A model generated the notes under the pieces. That model did no database searches. It saw only the letters and a list, made by a program, of their open reading frames with translations, and was not told the origin of the DNA. Shown piece by piece: positions 13,961 through 26,433 of a stretch of 64,000 nucleotides of DNA (position 1 is its first letter; each line of letters begins with the position of its first letter). Made by a program: the position numbers and the translations under genes. This DNA is from Chiloscyllium plagiosum (taxonomy: Eukaryota), in assembly GCF_004010195.1 (NCBI RefSeq), contig NC_057721.1, positions 49,778,857-49,842,856 on the forward strand. The letters are read 5' to 3'.

Positions 13961-14346
13961 TACTAGTCAGTGAACCAATACTTACAAAGGGAATAAAACA
14001 GCATCTTCTTGCCTGTTCATACCAAATTTCTGACTTATGCACTCTCTGCTGCATCACTGTTCAACAGTGATGCTCATGACAAAACTTTTAATCTGACCTT
14101 TTATAAAGAAAAATTAAAAATAGAAACAACTTAAAGCAATGTTCTGTAATCCTGTGCTTTGGCAGGTTGTTATATGCATAAGAATTATCTGCTGAAAAAT
14201 TAGGTATCCTTGACCAACTTTCTCTACAAGTCTGGATTTCTTGAAAGGTGCCATGGTATTATCTCTGCAGAGCGAAGTGTATTTCGGGAAATAAATTCCT
14301 TTTGATATACCCAATGAGCTAAGAATCTCATGGAACTATTTTGCAG

Positions 14347-14430
14347 GGACTGAGTGCAGCTACGCAGGACACATATGACCATCTGCAAATGCAGCAATTA
14401 CCAGCTGTGCCTCCACCTCCTCGTCGCTGA
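14347..14430 (+). CDS. CD247: CD247 terminal coding exon; completes ITAM3
   Basis: tattttgcag acceptor; GLSAATQDTYDHLQMQQLPAVPPPPRR-TGA (human [21 protein letters not shown]). Spliced ITAM3 = YQGL-x7-YDHL. The tail-to-tail position with POU2F1 matches mammalian synteny. Confidence 0.96.
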   Translation, partial: GLSAATQDTYDHLQMQQLPAVPPPPRR

Positions 14431-16880
14431 GATTCTATGATTGATGTTTGAACACCATGAATACCTTTAGGATTAACTCCACTTTACATGCACCAAAGAT
14501 AATGCTGTTTTTGGAATTGTTCTTGAAAAATCCAGTTTTTTTTAAAAAAACATTTGCATCATTTAAAAATATCACCATAAAGGCAACACTCTGAGAGATG
14601 TTTCAAGGCCTGAAATTTTATTTTCCTCTATGGATCATTTATTTTGATTGAGGTTTTTCAGGTAATATGAAATAGATTAAGTCTACACACATCTTTGAAA
14701 GTTTTTTTGGTTGTATTTTTGCATAGGCTTACTGAATCTATGCAATACGAAAAAATAAAGGCAACATACATAACTAAATGGAAATAGGTATTTTAAATGA
14801 TAAATGGTCTCTAACTGGACAAAATGTAAAGAGATAGTATCAAAATAGAATTAGGGTTTTCAATCCTTTTTCTGAAAAGTAATTAAAATTCAATCTGAAC
14901 AGGCATATTTGCATTAGTTTTGTATTAAAACACCTACAGATAAGGAGTCGTGTAAATACCATTAGAAATGCAAAGTAACATGATCGTTTTAACTGTAAAC
15001 ATTTTGTTTTAGCTATCCACTGAATTCTTACACTTCAATGAGATTGTAGAAGTTGCGGTTATATTGTTTGAGATTAGGTTTTTAGATGTTACCTGGCAGT
15101 ATCTAGTCTCACTTTTCTTGTTGAAACAAAGCGAAGTGCTTGGGTTGAGAAGCAAAACATAATTTACCCAGAGTCTTCTAAATGTTAACATTGTTAAATG
15201 CAAAATACATCACGATTATTTCTAAGCAAATGATTTCAGCACATATAGGTATTCATTTAGGGCTAAACTTTCTGATAAAGCTTTTAGTTTGGCTAGAAAT
15301 TTAAAAGTTAATTTTAAATCCCTCCATTATTTCAATATTTAGACTTTGATCATAGCTTACAAAGTAAAAAAATATATACAACACGAACATACATTTTAAT
15401 GAAAATATATTTATTCAAAATTAGATGATCAGGGATATTCCAAAATGAAGAAAAAGCAAAGTAATAATCATTTGAGATCACCCAAAGTTTTCACGGTTGT
15501 GTTCCTTTATACTGTATTAAGTTTTTCTGTTACTCATGGTCTTTGGCCAAGTTTTGTAGTTGCTGCCCATGTATTCAATACAGGAATGGCTACTTAGCTC
15601 GTGCGAGTGTCACTTTTTAAAAATGAGTTATCAAGATCCAAAATATACTGCCTGAAAAGGTTGCGAAAGCAGAGCCAATAATGACTTTCACAAATATTTA
15701 CTTGAAAGGGAAAGACATCAGTGTTATTAAGAGGTGGTGAAGCAGGATTGCTCTTTCAAATAACTGCTACAGGGTATAATAGACTGGGGTTGTTTTCCTT
15801 GGAACTGGCAGAGTTAATAGAGATTTATTTCAGGTGTACAAAATGATGACCTCCCTAGATAGAGTGAAAAGAAAGACTTATTTTTCTCAGTAGAGAGGTC
15901 AATAATGAATAACATTGACTTAAAGTAATTGGCAAAAGCATTAAAGGATGGTTGAGGAGAATGCTTTTCACCCAAAGGGAAATTGGGAGTATGGAACCCA
16001 CTGTAAGAAAGAGTAAACAATGTAGAAATCCTTATTGCACTTAAATAATTTTTCAATATGCACTTGAAGTTCCACAGATTACAGGTTAACAGATTAAGAG
16101 CTGGAAAGTGAGATTAGGCCAAATGGGTCTTTTTCTTCCTGTCAGGATCAACATGATGTGTGCCTAATGTGCTGTAAATTTCCTATGTTTCTTACAAGCA
16201 TGCTTTGACTGAAGTCCTCCTTCTGTGCATTAAAATTCAATTATTATTGTGGTTACATTAACGATCAAAGCAAGTTACAAAGCTTCAGTTTCTGCGTGTG
16301 GGTAACATTTTCATAAGAACAAACTGACTCAACTACAGCTACTACTAATTACCTTGATGTCCATTAACCAACATTGTTTCATTTACTATCCTGGAAATAA
16401 GGTCCTGTTTGCCTAGTAAAGTAGCTTCCTTTATTGTCTAAAAATTACACCTAATTCACCATAATCTTAATTGTATTTTGAATGCACAGTCAAAAAAAAA
16501 GTTTGTTATAAAGTAATATATTCACGAACAAACTAAATACCACATTATTAGACTGTGCAATTAGTTTCTAGTTTTGAAATGAATGCACTACCTGAAGGTC
16601 TATAAAAGGAAATGAACAGATAATCTTCCTTCTCAAGAAATGTGACTCGCTGTTTGATTGTTACAATTTGAACAAATCCAGGAGGCAATTTTTGTTAACT
16701 TATTTTGAATGTGGGCCTAACTGATGAGTTTTCTTTTTGCTTTGTTTTATGGTTGTTTAAAGGAAATTTTAACCATTGTTCACTTTACAATTTCATGTAT
16801 TTAAGATGTAATGTTGTCTGTAATGCCTGTCTATTTTTCTGTATTAAATAGTAGTTATCAAGGTTTATTTGTATATTAAT
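14431..16880 (+). other. CD247: Putative CD247 3' UTR (end uncertain)
   Basis: AT-rich sequence after the stop codon; AATAAA at ~14754 and ATTAAA at ~16843 are candidate poly(A) signals. Confidence 0.4.
15765..16190 (+). mobile_element. Old CR1 3' fragment
   Basis: agactggggttgttttccttgga...tttttctcagtagagagg; CR1 ORF2-end/3' UTR pattern. Confidence 0.6.
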
Positions 16881-17401
16881 AATCTTTTGATTCTTTAGCC
16901 CTAGGGCAGTTTAGTGGGAGAATCCTTCTTTGTGAAGCCCAGTGGCTTTTCCATCAGTAGACAAAACCACGCCAAAATTGATATAATTTTGAGAACAGTT
17001 AGAGTAATAAAAGGATGCTCGATAGTAAATTCATCATGAGCGAAGAAAGCATTACCGCAAGAGGATGTATTATAAATAGATGCATTTACACTGAATAGTT
17101 TAAATTCTGAAATAGACAAGATGCAAACAATATAAGCTTGACAGCTTTGAAAAGTCACGATTTCAGTTTGCATCTTAATCTTCTGTCAGAATGAGAAGGG
17201 AAACAGTTAGCTTGGTGTCATCAATAATCCCTCCTTGTGATGCACAAAAGCTGACTAGTTCATTTGTTCTGTTAGGTAATTGGACAAGCCAAATATCAGC
17301 TAACAGTATAAAATATAAATATGAAACAAGACAGACCACCAAGCCTTTAAGTGATAATAAATTAGAAATGAAGACCAGTGAAGAGGACATTTGGTTGGGC
17401 A

Positions 17402-17780
17402 CATAGAGTCAAAGAAATGCACAGCATGGAAACATACCCTTCTGTCAAACTCGTCCATGCCGACCAGATATCCCAACCCAATCTAGTCCCACATGCCAGC
17501 ACCCGGCCCATATCCCTCCAAACCCTTCCTATTCATATACCCATCCAAATGCCTCTTAAATGTTGCAATTGTACCAGCCTCCAGCCCCAGCCAGTTCAGC
17601 CTCTCCCTATAGCTCAAATCCTCCAACCCTGGCAACATCCTTGTAAATTGTTTCTGAACCCTTTCAAGTTTCACAACATCTTTCTGATAGGAAGGAGAGC
17701 AGAATTGCACACAATATTCCAACAGTGACCTAACCAATGTCCTGTACAGCCGCAACATGACCTCCCAACTTCTGTACTCA
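17402..17780 (-). mobile_element. CR1 3' end with an internal deletion
   Basis: EYRSWEVMLRLYRTLVR...RERLNWLGL joined directly to EAGTIATFKRHLDGYMNRKG. Confidence 0.9.
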
Positions 17781-17954
17781 AGCAGCTTGTCCTTGAGACT
17801 CTTCCTGCCAGGCTGATGTTGTAACTGTAAAGCTGGAAACAATAAATCTTTTCATTAAGAGCTCCATGACAGACATACATATGAACCAAGAACAGAAATA
17901 GGCCATTCAGGCTCTTGAGAGTGCTCTTCCTTTCATTAAGCTTCCATCAACAAG

Positions 17955-18262
17955 CTTACAAGATGATCAGAGGAATAGGTAGGGTGAACAGTGAAAGCCT
18001 TTTTCCTTGGCTAGCACGCAGGGACATTGCTTTAAACTGAGGGGTGATAGATGTAGGACACATGTCAGAGGTAGGTTCTTTATTTAGAGAGTAGTAAGGA
18101 CATGGAACAGTAGTAGACTTGCCAACTTTAAGTGGTCCTTGGATAAATATATGTATGATAATAGAATAGTGTAGATTAGATGGGCTTCAGATCGGTTTCA
18201 CTGGTCGGCACAACGTCGAGGGCTAAAGGGCCTGTACTGCACTGTATTGTTCTATGTTCTAT
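17955..18262 (+). mobile_element. CR1 3' fragment
   Basis: Ends gggcctgtactgcactgtattgttctatgttctat; nested in an older minus-strand CR1. Confidence 0.75.
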
Positions 18263-19560
18263 AAACTGGCTGCTCTGACTGTAATCTCATATCCACATTC
18301 CCATTGATCCCTGATAATCTTTCAACCCATTGCTTAACAAGAATCTATGAAAGTCTACATTAAAAGTATTCAAGGATTCTGCTTACACCACTTCTTCAGG
18401 AAGAAAGTTCCAGTCATGATACTCCAAAACTACTTCACTTAACCTCTGTTATAAATGGACAAGCCCAATTCTTAAAGTGGACCCTTCTTCATAATTTGCT
18501 AACAAGAGGAAACATCATCTCTGCATGTACTGTCAAAACCCTTAGGATTTTGTTTCAATAAAGTCATCCCTTACTCTTCAAAATTCTTGTGGATACAAGA
18601 TCAGCTCGTCTAAACCTTCCTTACAACACAGCCTACCAATTCCAGTTTAGTCTGTTCATATTAGTTTAGTCAACCATTTCTGAATTGCCTCCGATGCATT
18701 TACATAATTCCTTTGATTAAGGTGACCAATACTGTGCACTGTACTCCAGTTGCATACTCAGTAGTGCCCCTTATAACTGAAGCGTTACCTCCTTAATCTG
18801 TATTCAAATAAGTTGGATTAGTTATAAGATTCCAATAATTACTTGTGTCTACAAACTAACCTTTTGTGATTCGTACATAAGGAGACTTAGTTCCCTCTGC
18901 ATCCAGAGTTCTGTAATCCCTCACAATTTAGTTTATTTATTTGCGGCCAAAATGGACAATTTTATATTTCCAATATTATAATCAATTTGCCGCATCTTTC
19001 CCTTCCCAGTTAACCTACCTTAATGTTTTTGTCATCACTTTGTGTCTTCTTCACAAGTTACTTTCCTATCAGCAACCAATTGTGGGCGGTACGGTGGCAC
19101 AGTGGTTAGCACTGCTGCCTCACAGCGCCAGAGACCCGGGTTCAATTCCCGCCTCAGGCGACTGACTGTGTGGAGTTTGCACGTTCTCCCCGTGTCTGTG
19201 TGGGTTTCCTCCGGGTGCTCTGGTTTCCTCCCACAGTCCAAAGATGTGCAGGGTCAGGTGAATTGGCCACACTAAATTGCCTGTAGTGTTAGGTAAGGGG
19301 TAAATGTAGGGGTATGCGTGGGTTTTGCTTCGGCGGGTCGGTGTGGACTTGTTGGGCCGAAGGGCCTGTTTCCACATTGTAATGTAATCTAATCTAATCA
19401 CACCTTCATCTCTTCATTTAATTCATTTATATAAACTGTAAACAATTGAGGTCCCAGCACCAATCCCTGTGATGTTCCACTAGTAATATCTTGCCAGTAT
19501 GAAAAAGACCAATTTACACCTATTCTCTGCTTCTTACTAATGAGCCAATTCTTACTTTGG
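18263..19560 (-). mobile_element. Old CR1 fragment interrupted by a SINE
   Basis: ccaatactgtgcactgtactccag (LEY.VQ.W motif on minus) and cccagcaccaatccctgtgatgttccact (SG.PQG.VLG on minus). Confidence 0.7.
19084..19399 (+). mobile_element. HE1/V-SINE, full length and young
   Basis: tRNA-like head with A box tggcacagtgg and B box gggttcaattcc; V-domain gtgtggagtttgcacgttctccccgtgtctg...; (aatct)n tail. Confidence 0.92.
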
Positions 19561-20479
19561 AAGTTCTAGATCAATCCACATATAAGAAACTGCTCTGAAA
19601 ATGCTGCTCACAATTTAATAGCTGTGACCAAAACAAAAACAATTTATTCTATCTCCCAATATTAAAGGTTGGGTCCTTTAAATAAATTCCAGGATCTACA
19701 TCTCTATCATTGCCTAAACTAATAAGTCCTTCCTTGGTCATATTCTATCTACATATCAAATCTCACCTGTGTTCCAAGTTTTTTTAAAAATCTATTTCTT
19801 TATTTTTGTGATGTGTTACTTTCAGACAAATCACCTGCAATAATGGAGGAAAGGTAAGAACACATTTATAAAGGGAGTTACAAATGTAGCTAATTCATTG
19901 TGGAATGTTATTGTTATTTGCTGTTGTCATCGTCATTATTGTCAGCTCCTTGAAATGAGAATGAAGTTTGCCAGGCTTCGTGAATTATCCCCTCAGGGTA
20001 ATGCATTAGGCCAATGCTGGAGCAATAGGTGATGTGCATATCCTTCCAGTCACTGAGGTGCCAGCGCTTGGATCAGCTTCCATGTTGTCTTATATTTACC
20101 TTAATGAGAACAAAGTGTATGTTTCTGATGGTAAGTCCATGATCATTTCAGAGGAGGCAGAAACTGTTAATATTTGATTTCCAGACTTCTTTCCTGAAGT
20201 TGTCTTTCCAGACAGGAATTGCATTAAATTCTAGCATTAAAATTTGCCAGTGGAATCTGTTTTGTTTTGGGGTGACTATCCATACAGAATGCAGATCCAT
20301 ATAAAAGAGGTCCTTGTCTTGTCAGTAGAATTGAGAGTGAAGCATAAGCAATGATGATTGTGACCCACTGGTTGCCATCAAGCTGAAGGCATAGAGTCAT
20401 GAGCCATTCATTACATCCAATTGGCCATTATATTAGCAAACAAACATGCTTGATGACCTTTCATGCCCTTCCTCATTAA

Positions 20480-21780
20480 GAATCCACTTACTTCAAACAT
20501 ATTCAGACTGTTTCCAATGCTTTTTCAGGAAAAGAGCTTCAAAGACTCTCAAACCTCAGAAGATTCTCTTTACCAATATTATTTTTCAAAAATTATCAAC
20601 TCCTTATTTTTAAGCAGTAGCACACAGTTGTAGATTCTCCTAAAAGTAGAAACATTCTTTCCACCCTGTCAAGACTTGTTACGACGCAAGACTTTGGATG
20701 TTTAGATTAAATTACCATACAAGCCTAGCCTGTTAAAACTTTCCATATAAGATAACCCACTTATTATGGGTATTAATCTCATAAATCCCCTCTGAATTGC
20801 CTCCAACACATTTACATCCTTCCTTTAATAAGTGATCAATACTGTACACAGTATTCCAGATATGGTGTCACAAATGCTGCATTTAAGCATAACCTCAGTG
20901 TTTTTGCATTCAATGCACCTTGTCACAAAAATTAACATTCTATTAGTGTTCTCAATTACTTGCTAAAACCTACATATTAACCTTTGGCAAATCCATGCAT
21001 TAGGCCACCCAGACCCCTCCGCATATTAGAGCTCTGCAATCTCTCAATTTAGATTACATGCATCCTCTCTATTCTTCCTGCCAAAACGTCCTTTTTTTCT
21101 ACATTACGCTCCTTTGCCAGATCTTTGCCCATTCATTTACTCTAACTTTTTATAGCCTCCTTATGTTCTTTTCACAATATAATTTCCCACCTATCTTTAT
21201 GTCACCAACAAATTTAGAAGCACATTTTCAGTCCCTTCATCCAAGCGATTTATTTATATTGTAAGAATTTGAGGCCCCAGCTTGATCCCGGTGGCACACC
21301 ACCCCTTTAATCTTACAACCCAGAAAATTACCTCGAATGCCTGATCTCTCACCAACTAATAGGAAACATTAGTTGTCTATGCCAATATGGCAAAGGTTAT
21401 TTTCTGCAATAACCTTTGGCACTTTATCAAATGCCTTCTGGAAATGTCAGCAGAGCACATGCACTGGTTCCCTTTAGCCACAAGACATTACTTCCTTAGA
21501 GAACTCTTAATAGATTAACAAAACAATGTTCACTTTACCACATTACCATGACTTTTTCTAAGTTGCCTACTATAATGTCTTTCATAATAGTTTCTAACAT
21601 CTTTCCTATGACATCTTCTAATCCAATTGGCCTCTAGTTTGTTACTATCTCTCTCCTTTGAAAAACATTTGCTATTTTCCATTCTAATGGAACCTTCCCT
21701 GAATCTACAGAATTCAGGAAAATTAAAATTATGGCATCAACTATCTCTCTTAATCACTTAATTTAAGTCCATTAGTAGTT
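20480..21780 (-). mobile_element. Old CR1 fragment
   Basis: atcaaatgccttctggaaatg (FQKAFD on minus) and caatactgtacacagtattccag. Confidence 0.7.
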
Positions 21781-23379
21781 GGGGCTTAATGGCCCACAAC
21801 TCCAAGAATTTGCTGAGTATAGCTTCCCTCCTAATTGTAATTCCTCCCTCCCTTCCATTTCCTGTATCTGCAGCAGGTCCATGTCTGACTGCTCTTCTTC
21901 TCAGAGTGAAGTGATCATATTGGTGATTCAATTTTTGATTTTCCCTTCCAGAAAGTACACAAAGTGCACTTTCCTCCTCCCAGGAGTAAGTCTTTTTTTT
22001 TAATTCAGAGCAGCAATATTGAAGTTATTATCTCAGCGGCTCCTAAAATATTACGGTGGTTCTCCTTTCAGGGCATTCTAGGCTCAGACATTTATGCAAT
22101 TTTTTTCACGTTTGTGCTTTCAACTACAAGGGTGGCAATCCCAATGGGTGCAGTTCCCAGTCGGGGCAAATTGAAATAGCCTACACCTACATTTGAGGCA
22201 CCTTTTATAGCCCATTTCTCAAATGATGGTAGCTGAGTGGAGCTTACAAAAGACTGCTGAGTCATGAATGCTGGTGGGGAGCTACTTCTGCCAAACTTCC
22301 AACAGTTCAGTTACCAGTCAGTATCCACTGCATACATACAGATTTATAATACAGACTGTCAGGTTCAGACTTGCTTTCAATGGTATTTGTCTTACAGCTT
22401 TTTGGTGTCCCTGGTGGAGGACTGCACATCATCTCTTAACATGTGGTCATACATACAGTTTGTAGCCATTCAATCTTCGTGAGTTGACAATCTTTATTCA
22501 GCGGTGTGCCAATTAATATGCACACATGCATCATTCACCTCCCTGTTCCACTGTTGATGATATTAAAATGTGCATTTTAACTGAGATTTTCTATTCAAGA
22601 TCTGCCCCCCACAGCTTTAGCTGGGTTTTGGTGGAAAGATAAGCTATGAACAGAACCACAACTGGCCTACTACCTGTGACATGAAGACCAGACCAGACTA
22701 TTGTTGTAATGTAGTAGAGTACTGGTTAAACGTTTTTGATTAGCTAATTGCACAGCTTTGTCTATTGGACAGCATGAAACAAACATATCAAGATAGCCAA
22801 CACATATTGCTTATGGCTATTTTCAGCAATTGCGAACCTAAAAGAAAATCTTCCGATGGTAGGAGAAGGATAAATCTGAGAGGACTCCAAGATATTTCCC
22901 ATATGAAATATGCATCAGAAGTTATTACAATGTAATGTGAAAAGCAGTTTATTGCATGAAAGAGGTAGTTTTAATAAATGAGATCAGAATAAAAGATCCT
23001 GTCAAGGAATAGTGACTATAACATGACAAAATTTAGCATTCAATTTGAGGCAGAAGAATTTGGATTGAAAACAGCTGTCATAATTTAATTAAGGATAATT
23101 AAAAAGGAATGGGGACAGAGCTGGCTGAAGCTTATTTATTTGATTGATTATTGTCACATGTACCAAGATACAGTGAAAAGTGTTTTGCATGCTATCCAGG
23201 CAGATTGTACCATATAAAATGCATCAGGGGAGCAGAACAGAAAACAAAATACAGTGCTGTAGCTGAAGAGAAGGTGCAGAGGGAGAGATCAACATTAACA
23301 TTTGAGAGCTCTGTCCAAAGGTCTGAAAGGAGTTTAGCAGCAAAGACTATCACTAAACAACAGCAGGCTTTGAAGAAAA

Positions 23380-25415
23380 TAGTTCATTACTCACAGCAAA
23401 GACATTTCTCAGTAAGGAAGGAGAATTCCCAGAAAGGCAAGCCTTTGGTTAACATTACATACAAATTGAAAGAGAATCATACTATGTGGCAAATATTGTA
23501 AGTAAACAAGAGAATTGGGCAAGTTTTAAAAACCAATAAAAGATGACAAACGAGGGAGAAAATACGCTTTGAGGGTAAACTAGAAAGTAACATCAAAATG
23601 GATAGCAAGTGCTTGTTTAAATATATAAAATGAAAAAGAGAAGCCAAAATGAACATAGGCCCCATAGAGAGCGAGGTTAGGGAAATAATTATAGGGAACC
23701 AGGAAATGGCAGGGGCATTGAACAAGAAATTTATGAAGGGAGAGAGGTAGATGGCAAATTATAGGCCAGTTAGCCTGACCTTGGTCATTGGTAAAATTTT
23801 ACAATCCATTATTAAGGATGAAATTGTGAAGTGCTTGGAGGTACGTGATAAAGTAAGGCTGAGTCAGCACAGCTTCACCATGGTGAGGTTATGTCTGACA
23901 AATCTGTTAGCATTCTTTGAGGAGATAGTGAGCAAGTTAGACAAAGGAGAGTCAGTAGCCATGATCTATTTGGATTTCCAGAAGGTCTTTGACAAGGTGC
24001 CACAGAGGAGGTTGCAAAGTAAGAGCTTCTGGTGCTAAGGGCAAGTAAATGGATGGAGGATTTGCTGACGGGCAAAGGCAGAGAATGGGGATAAAGTGGT
24101 CTTTTTCAATATGGCAGCCAGTGACTAGTGGAGTTTTGCATGTCTACAACTATTCATATTAAACAAATTAACAATCTGAATGAAGGAACTGAGGGCATCT
24201 TTGGTAAGTTTGCAGATAACACAAAGATAGTTGGAGGGACAGGCAGTGGGGAGACTGAAGAAAGACTTGGACAGGCAAGGAGAGTGGGCAAAGAGGTGGC
24301 AGGTGGAATATAATGTGGTAAAATAAGACAGGTTATGCACTTTGGTAGGGTGGGAAAAGGCTTCAGAAATCTGAAGCACAAAGGAACTTAGGTGTTCTAG
24401 TTCAGGATTACTCTTAATGTAGGTTCAGTTGGCAGTTAGGAAAGCAAATGTAATGTTAACATTCATTTCCAGAGAGCTAGAATATAAGAACAGGGATATA
24501 TTGCTGAGGCTGTACTGGGGTTAGATCATACTGGATTTGGAGTATTGATAGTAATTTTGGGCCCAAAGGATGGATATGCTAGCGTTGGAGGGAGGGGGGG
24601 GGTTAAAAGAAGATGCATAGGATTATGGGGCAGCATGATGGCTCAATGGTTAGCACTGCTGCCTCACAGTGCCACAGACCCAGGTTCAGTTCCACCCTTG
24701 GGAAACGATATAGAGTTTGCATGTTCTGCCAATGTCTGTGTGGGTTTTTTTCCAGGTCCTCTGGTTTTCTCCCACAGTCCAAAGATGAGCTGGTTAGGTG
24801 GATTGGCCATGCTAAATTGCCCATAATGTTCAAGGATGTGCAGGCTAGGTAGGTTAGCAGGTAATTGCAGCATTACAGGGATGGAGTGTGTCTGGATTTG
24901 ATGCTCTTCGGAGGCTTAATACAGACTTGATGGGCCAATGGCCTGCTTTCACTCTGTAATGATCCTATGATCCTGTGGAATGAAGGGCTTGACATATGAG
25001 GAGCAGTTGAGGACTCGGTGTCTGTAATCATTGGAATTTAGAAGGATAAGAGGGTAATCTGATTGAAATCTATAGAATACTTATAGGCCTGGATACAGTC
25101 GATGTCACGATGTTTCCACTAGTAAGACACTAGGTCCCAAGAGCACATCCATGGAGTGAGGGGATGACCTTTTAGAACTGAGTTGATGAGTAATTTGTTC
25201 AGCCAGAAGGTGGTGGATCTGTGTAACTCATTGCCACAGAAGACTGTAAAAGCCAACTGAGTCTCTTTAAGACAGAAATAGATAGGTTCTTGATTAGTAA
25301 TGGGATTAAGGGCAATGGGGAGAAGGCAGGATAATGGGGTTGAGAAACACATGAGCCATGATTGAATGCCAGAGCAGACTCATTGGGCCAAATGGCGTAA
25401 TTCTGCTCCTAGGTT
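23380..25415 (+). mobile_element. CR1 LINE fragment interrupted by a SINE
   Basis: NYRPVSLT, SQHSF, CLTNLL.FFE, IYLDFQKVFDKVP, KFADNTK. Confidence 0.88.
24627..24977 (+). mobile_element. V-SINE (older copy)
   Basis: tggctcaatggttagcactgctgcctcacag head, V-domain, gatcctat tail. Confidence 0.85.
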
Positions 25416-25544
25416 CCAATCAAAAGTTATAGGTGCAAAGGTTGGATACTTGTGAGCACAGTTACTCTTTGGCACTTAAGAATTGATTCTGCGGTTTCAG
25501 AAGAATGCAGCTGCTTGGCCTTGTTGAATTACTGAAATGGGAGA

Positions 25545-25865
25545 ATTGTTGGTAGATAGCCAACAGCTTTTCCCTATGGTCCGGGAGTCTGCAACTAGAG
25601 GGCAGAGGTTTAGGATGAGAGATACAAGAGTCCAGAGGGGCAGTTTTTTTTCATACTGGGTGTGGCGGGTGTCTGGAACAGGCTGCCAGAGGTAGTTGTG
25701 GAAACGAGTACAATTTTGTCATTTGAAAAATATTTGGACAGGTACATGGATAGAATAGGTATGGAGGGAAATGGACCAAATGCAAGCAAATGGGACTAGT
25801 TTGTGAAAACTGGGTGGCATGAACAAGTTGGGCCAAAGGGTCTGTTTTCATGGTGTTCTACAGAA
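25545..25865 (+). mobile_element. CR1 3' fragment
   Basis: actagagggcagaggtttagg...gggccaaagggtctgttttcat. Confidence 0.8.
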
Positions 25866-25898
25866 TGAAAACAGATCCTTTGGCCCAACTTGTTCATG
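25818..25898. repeat. 34-bp inverted repeat (1 mismatch) with a 13-nt spacer, made from a CR1 3' end
   Basis: catgaacaagttgggccaaagggtctgttttcat / atgaaaacagatcctttggcccaacttgttcatg. Confidence 0.9.
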
Positions 25899-26139
25899 AG
25901 ATTGCTCCAAACGTGAATAGTTGTGCATTTGGACAGAGTAGATTTGATAGGGGTCAGCCAATCTTCATATTTTAACTTATGTCCTCTGTGCAATTTGGCC
26001 TTGCAGGGGAATCATAATTAAGGGAGTTTACTGGGCATGGTGACAAAAGCTTCATGTAAGAAAATATTATTGATTTTTTTTTTAAACACAACAGTCTTTA
26101 ATGTTTTTAGATGCTATGAAAGAAGGGAAGATGGTTATC

Positions 26140-26330
26140 AGTTGTAGCTTGGTTGGTATCACTCTCACCTCGGAATGATAAGGTTCTGGATTCAAGTCCA
26201 ATTCTATACCATGAGCACAAAAATCAAGGCTGCCACTCCAATGCAGTACTAAAAGGAGTGCTGCAATATCAGAGGTTCCAACTTTCAGATAAGATTGAAA
26301 AACTGAGGTCCAAATAGAGGACGTAAATGC
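26140..26330 (+). mobile_element. Deu-domain SINE (SacSINE1/AmnSINE-like) fragment
   Basis: tRNA-like head (gattcaagtcc) followed by ggctgccactccaatgcagtactaaaaggagtgctgcaatatcagagg. Confidence 0.65.
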
Positions 26331-26433
26331 ATTTGAGGCTGTCAGAGAAGGTTTTCTGGATGATAACTGGAATAGGCAGACTGTCTTATGAGGAAAGGCG
26401 GCACAGCTTAGGCTTATATCCACTGGAGTTGAG

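Noticed and set aside
19084-19160. tRNA-like A/B-box sequence
   Set aside because: It is the head of an HE1 SINE, followed by the V-domain and tail; not a tRNA gene.
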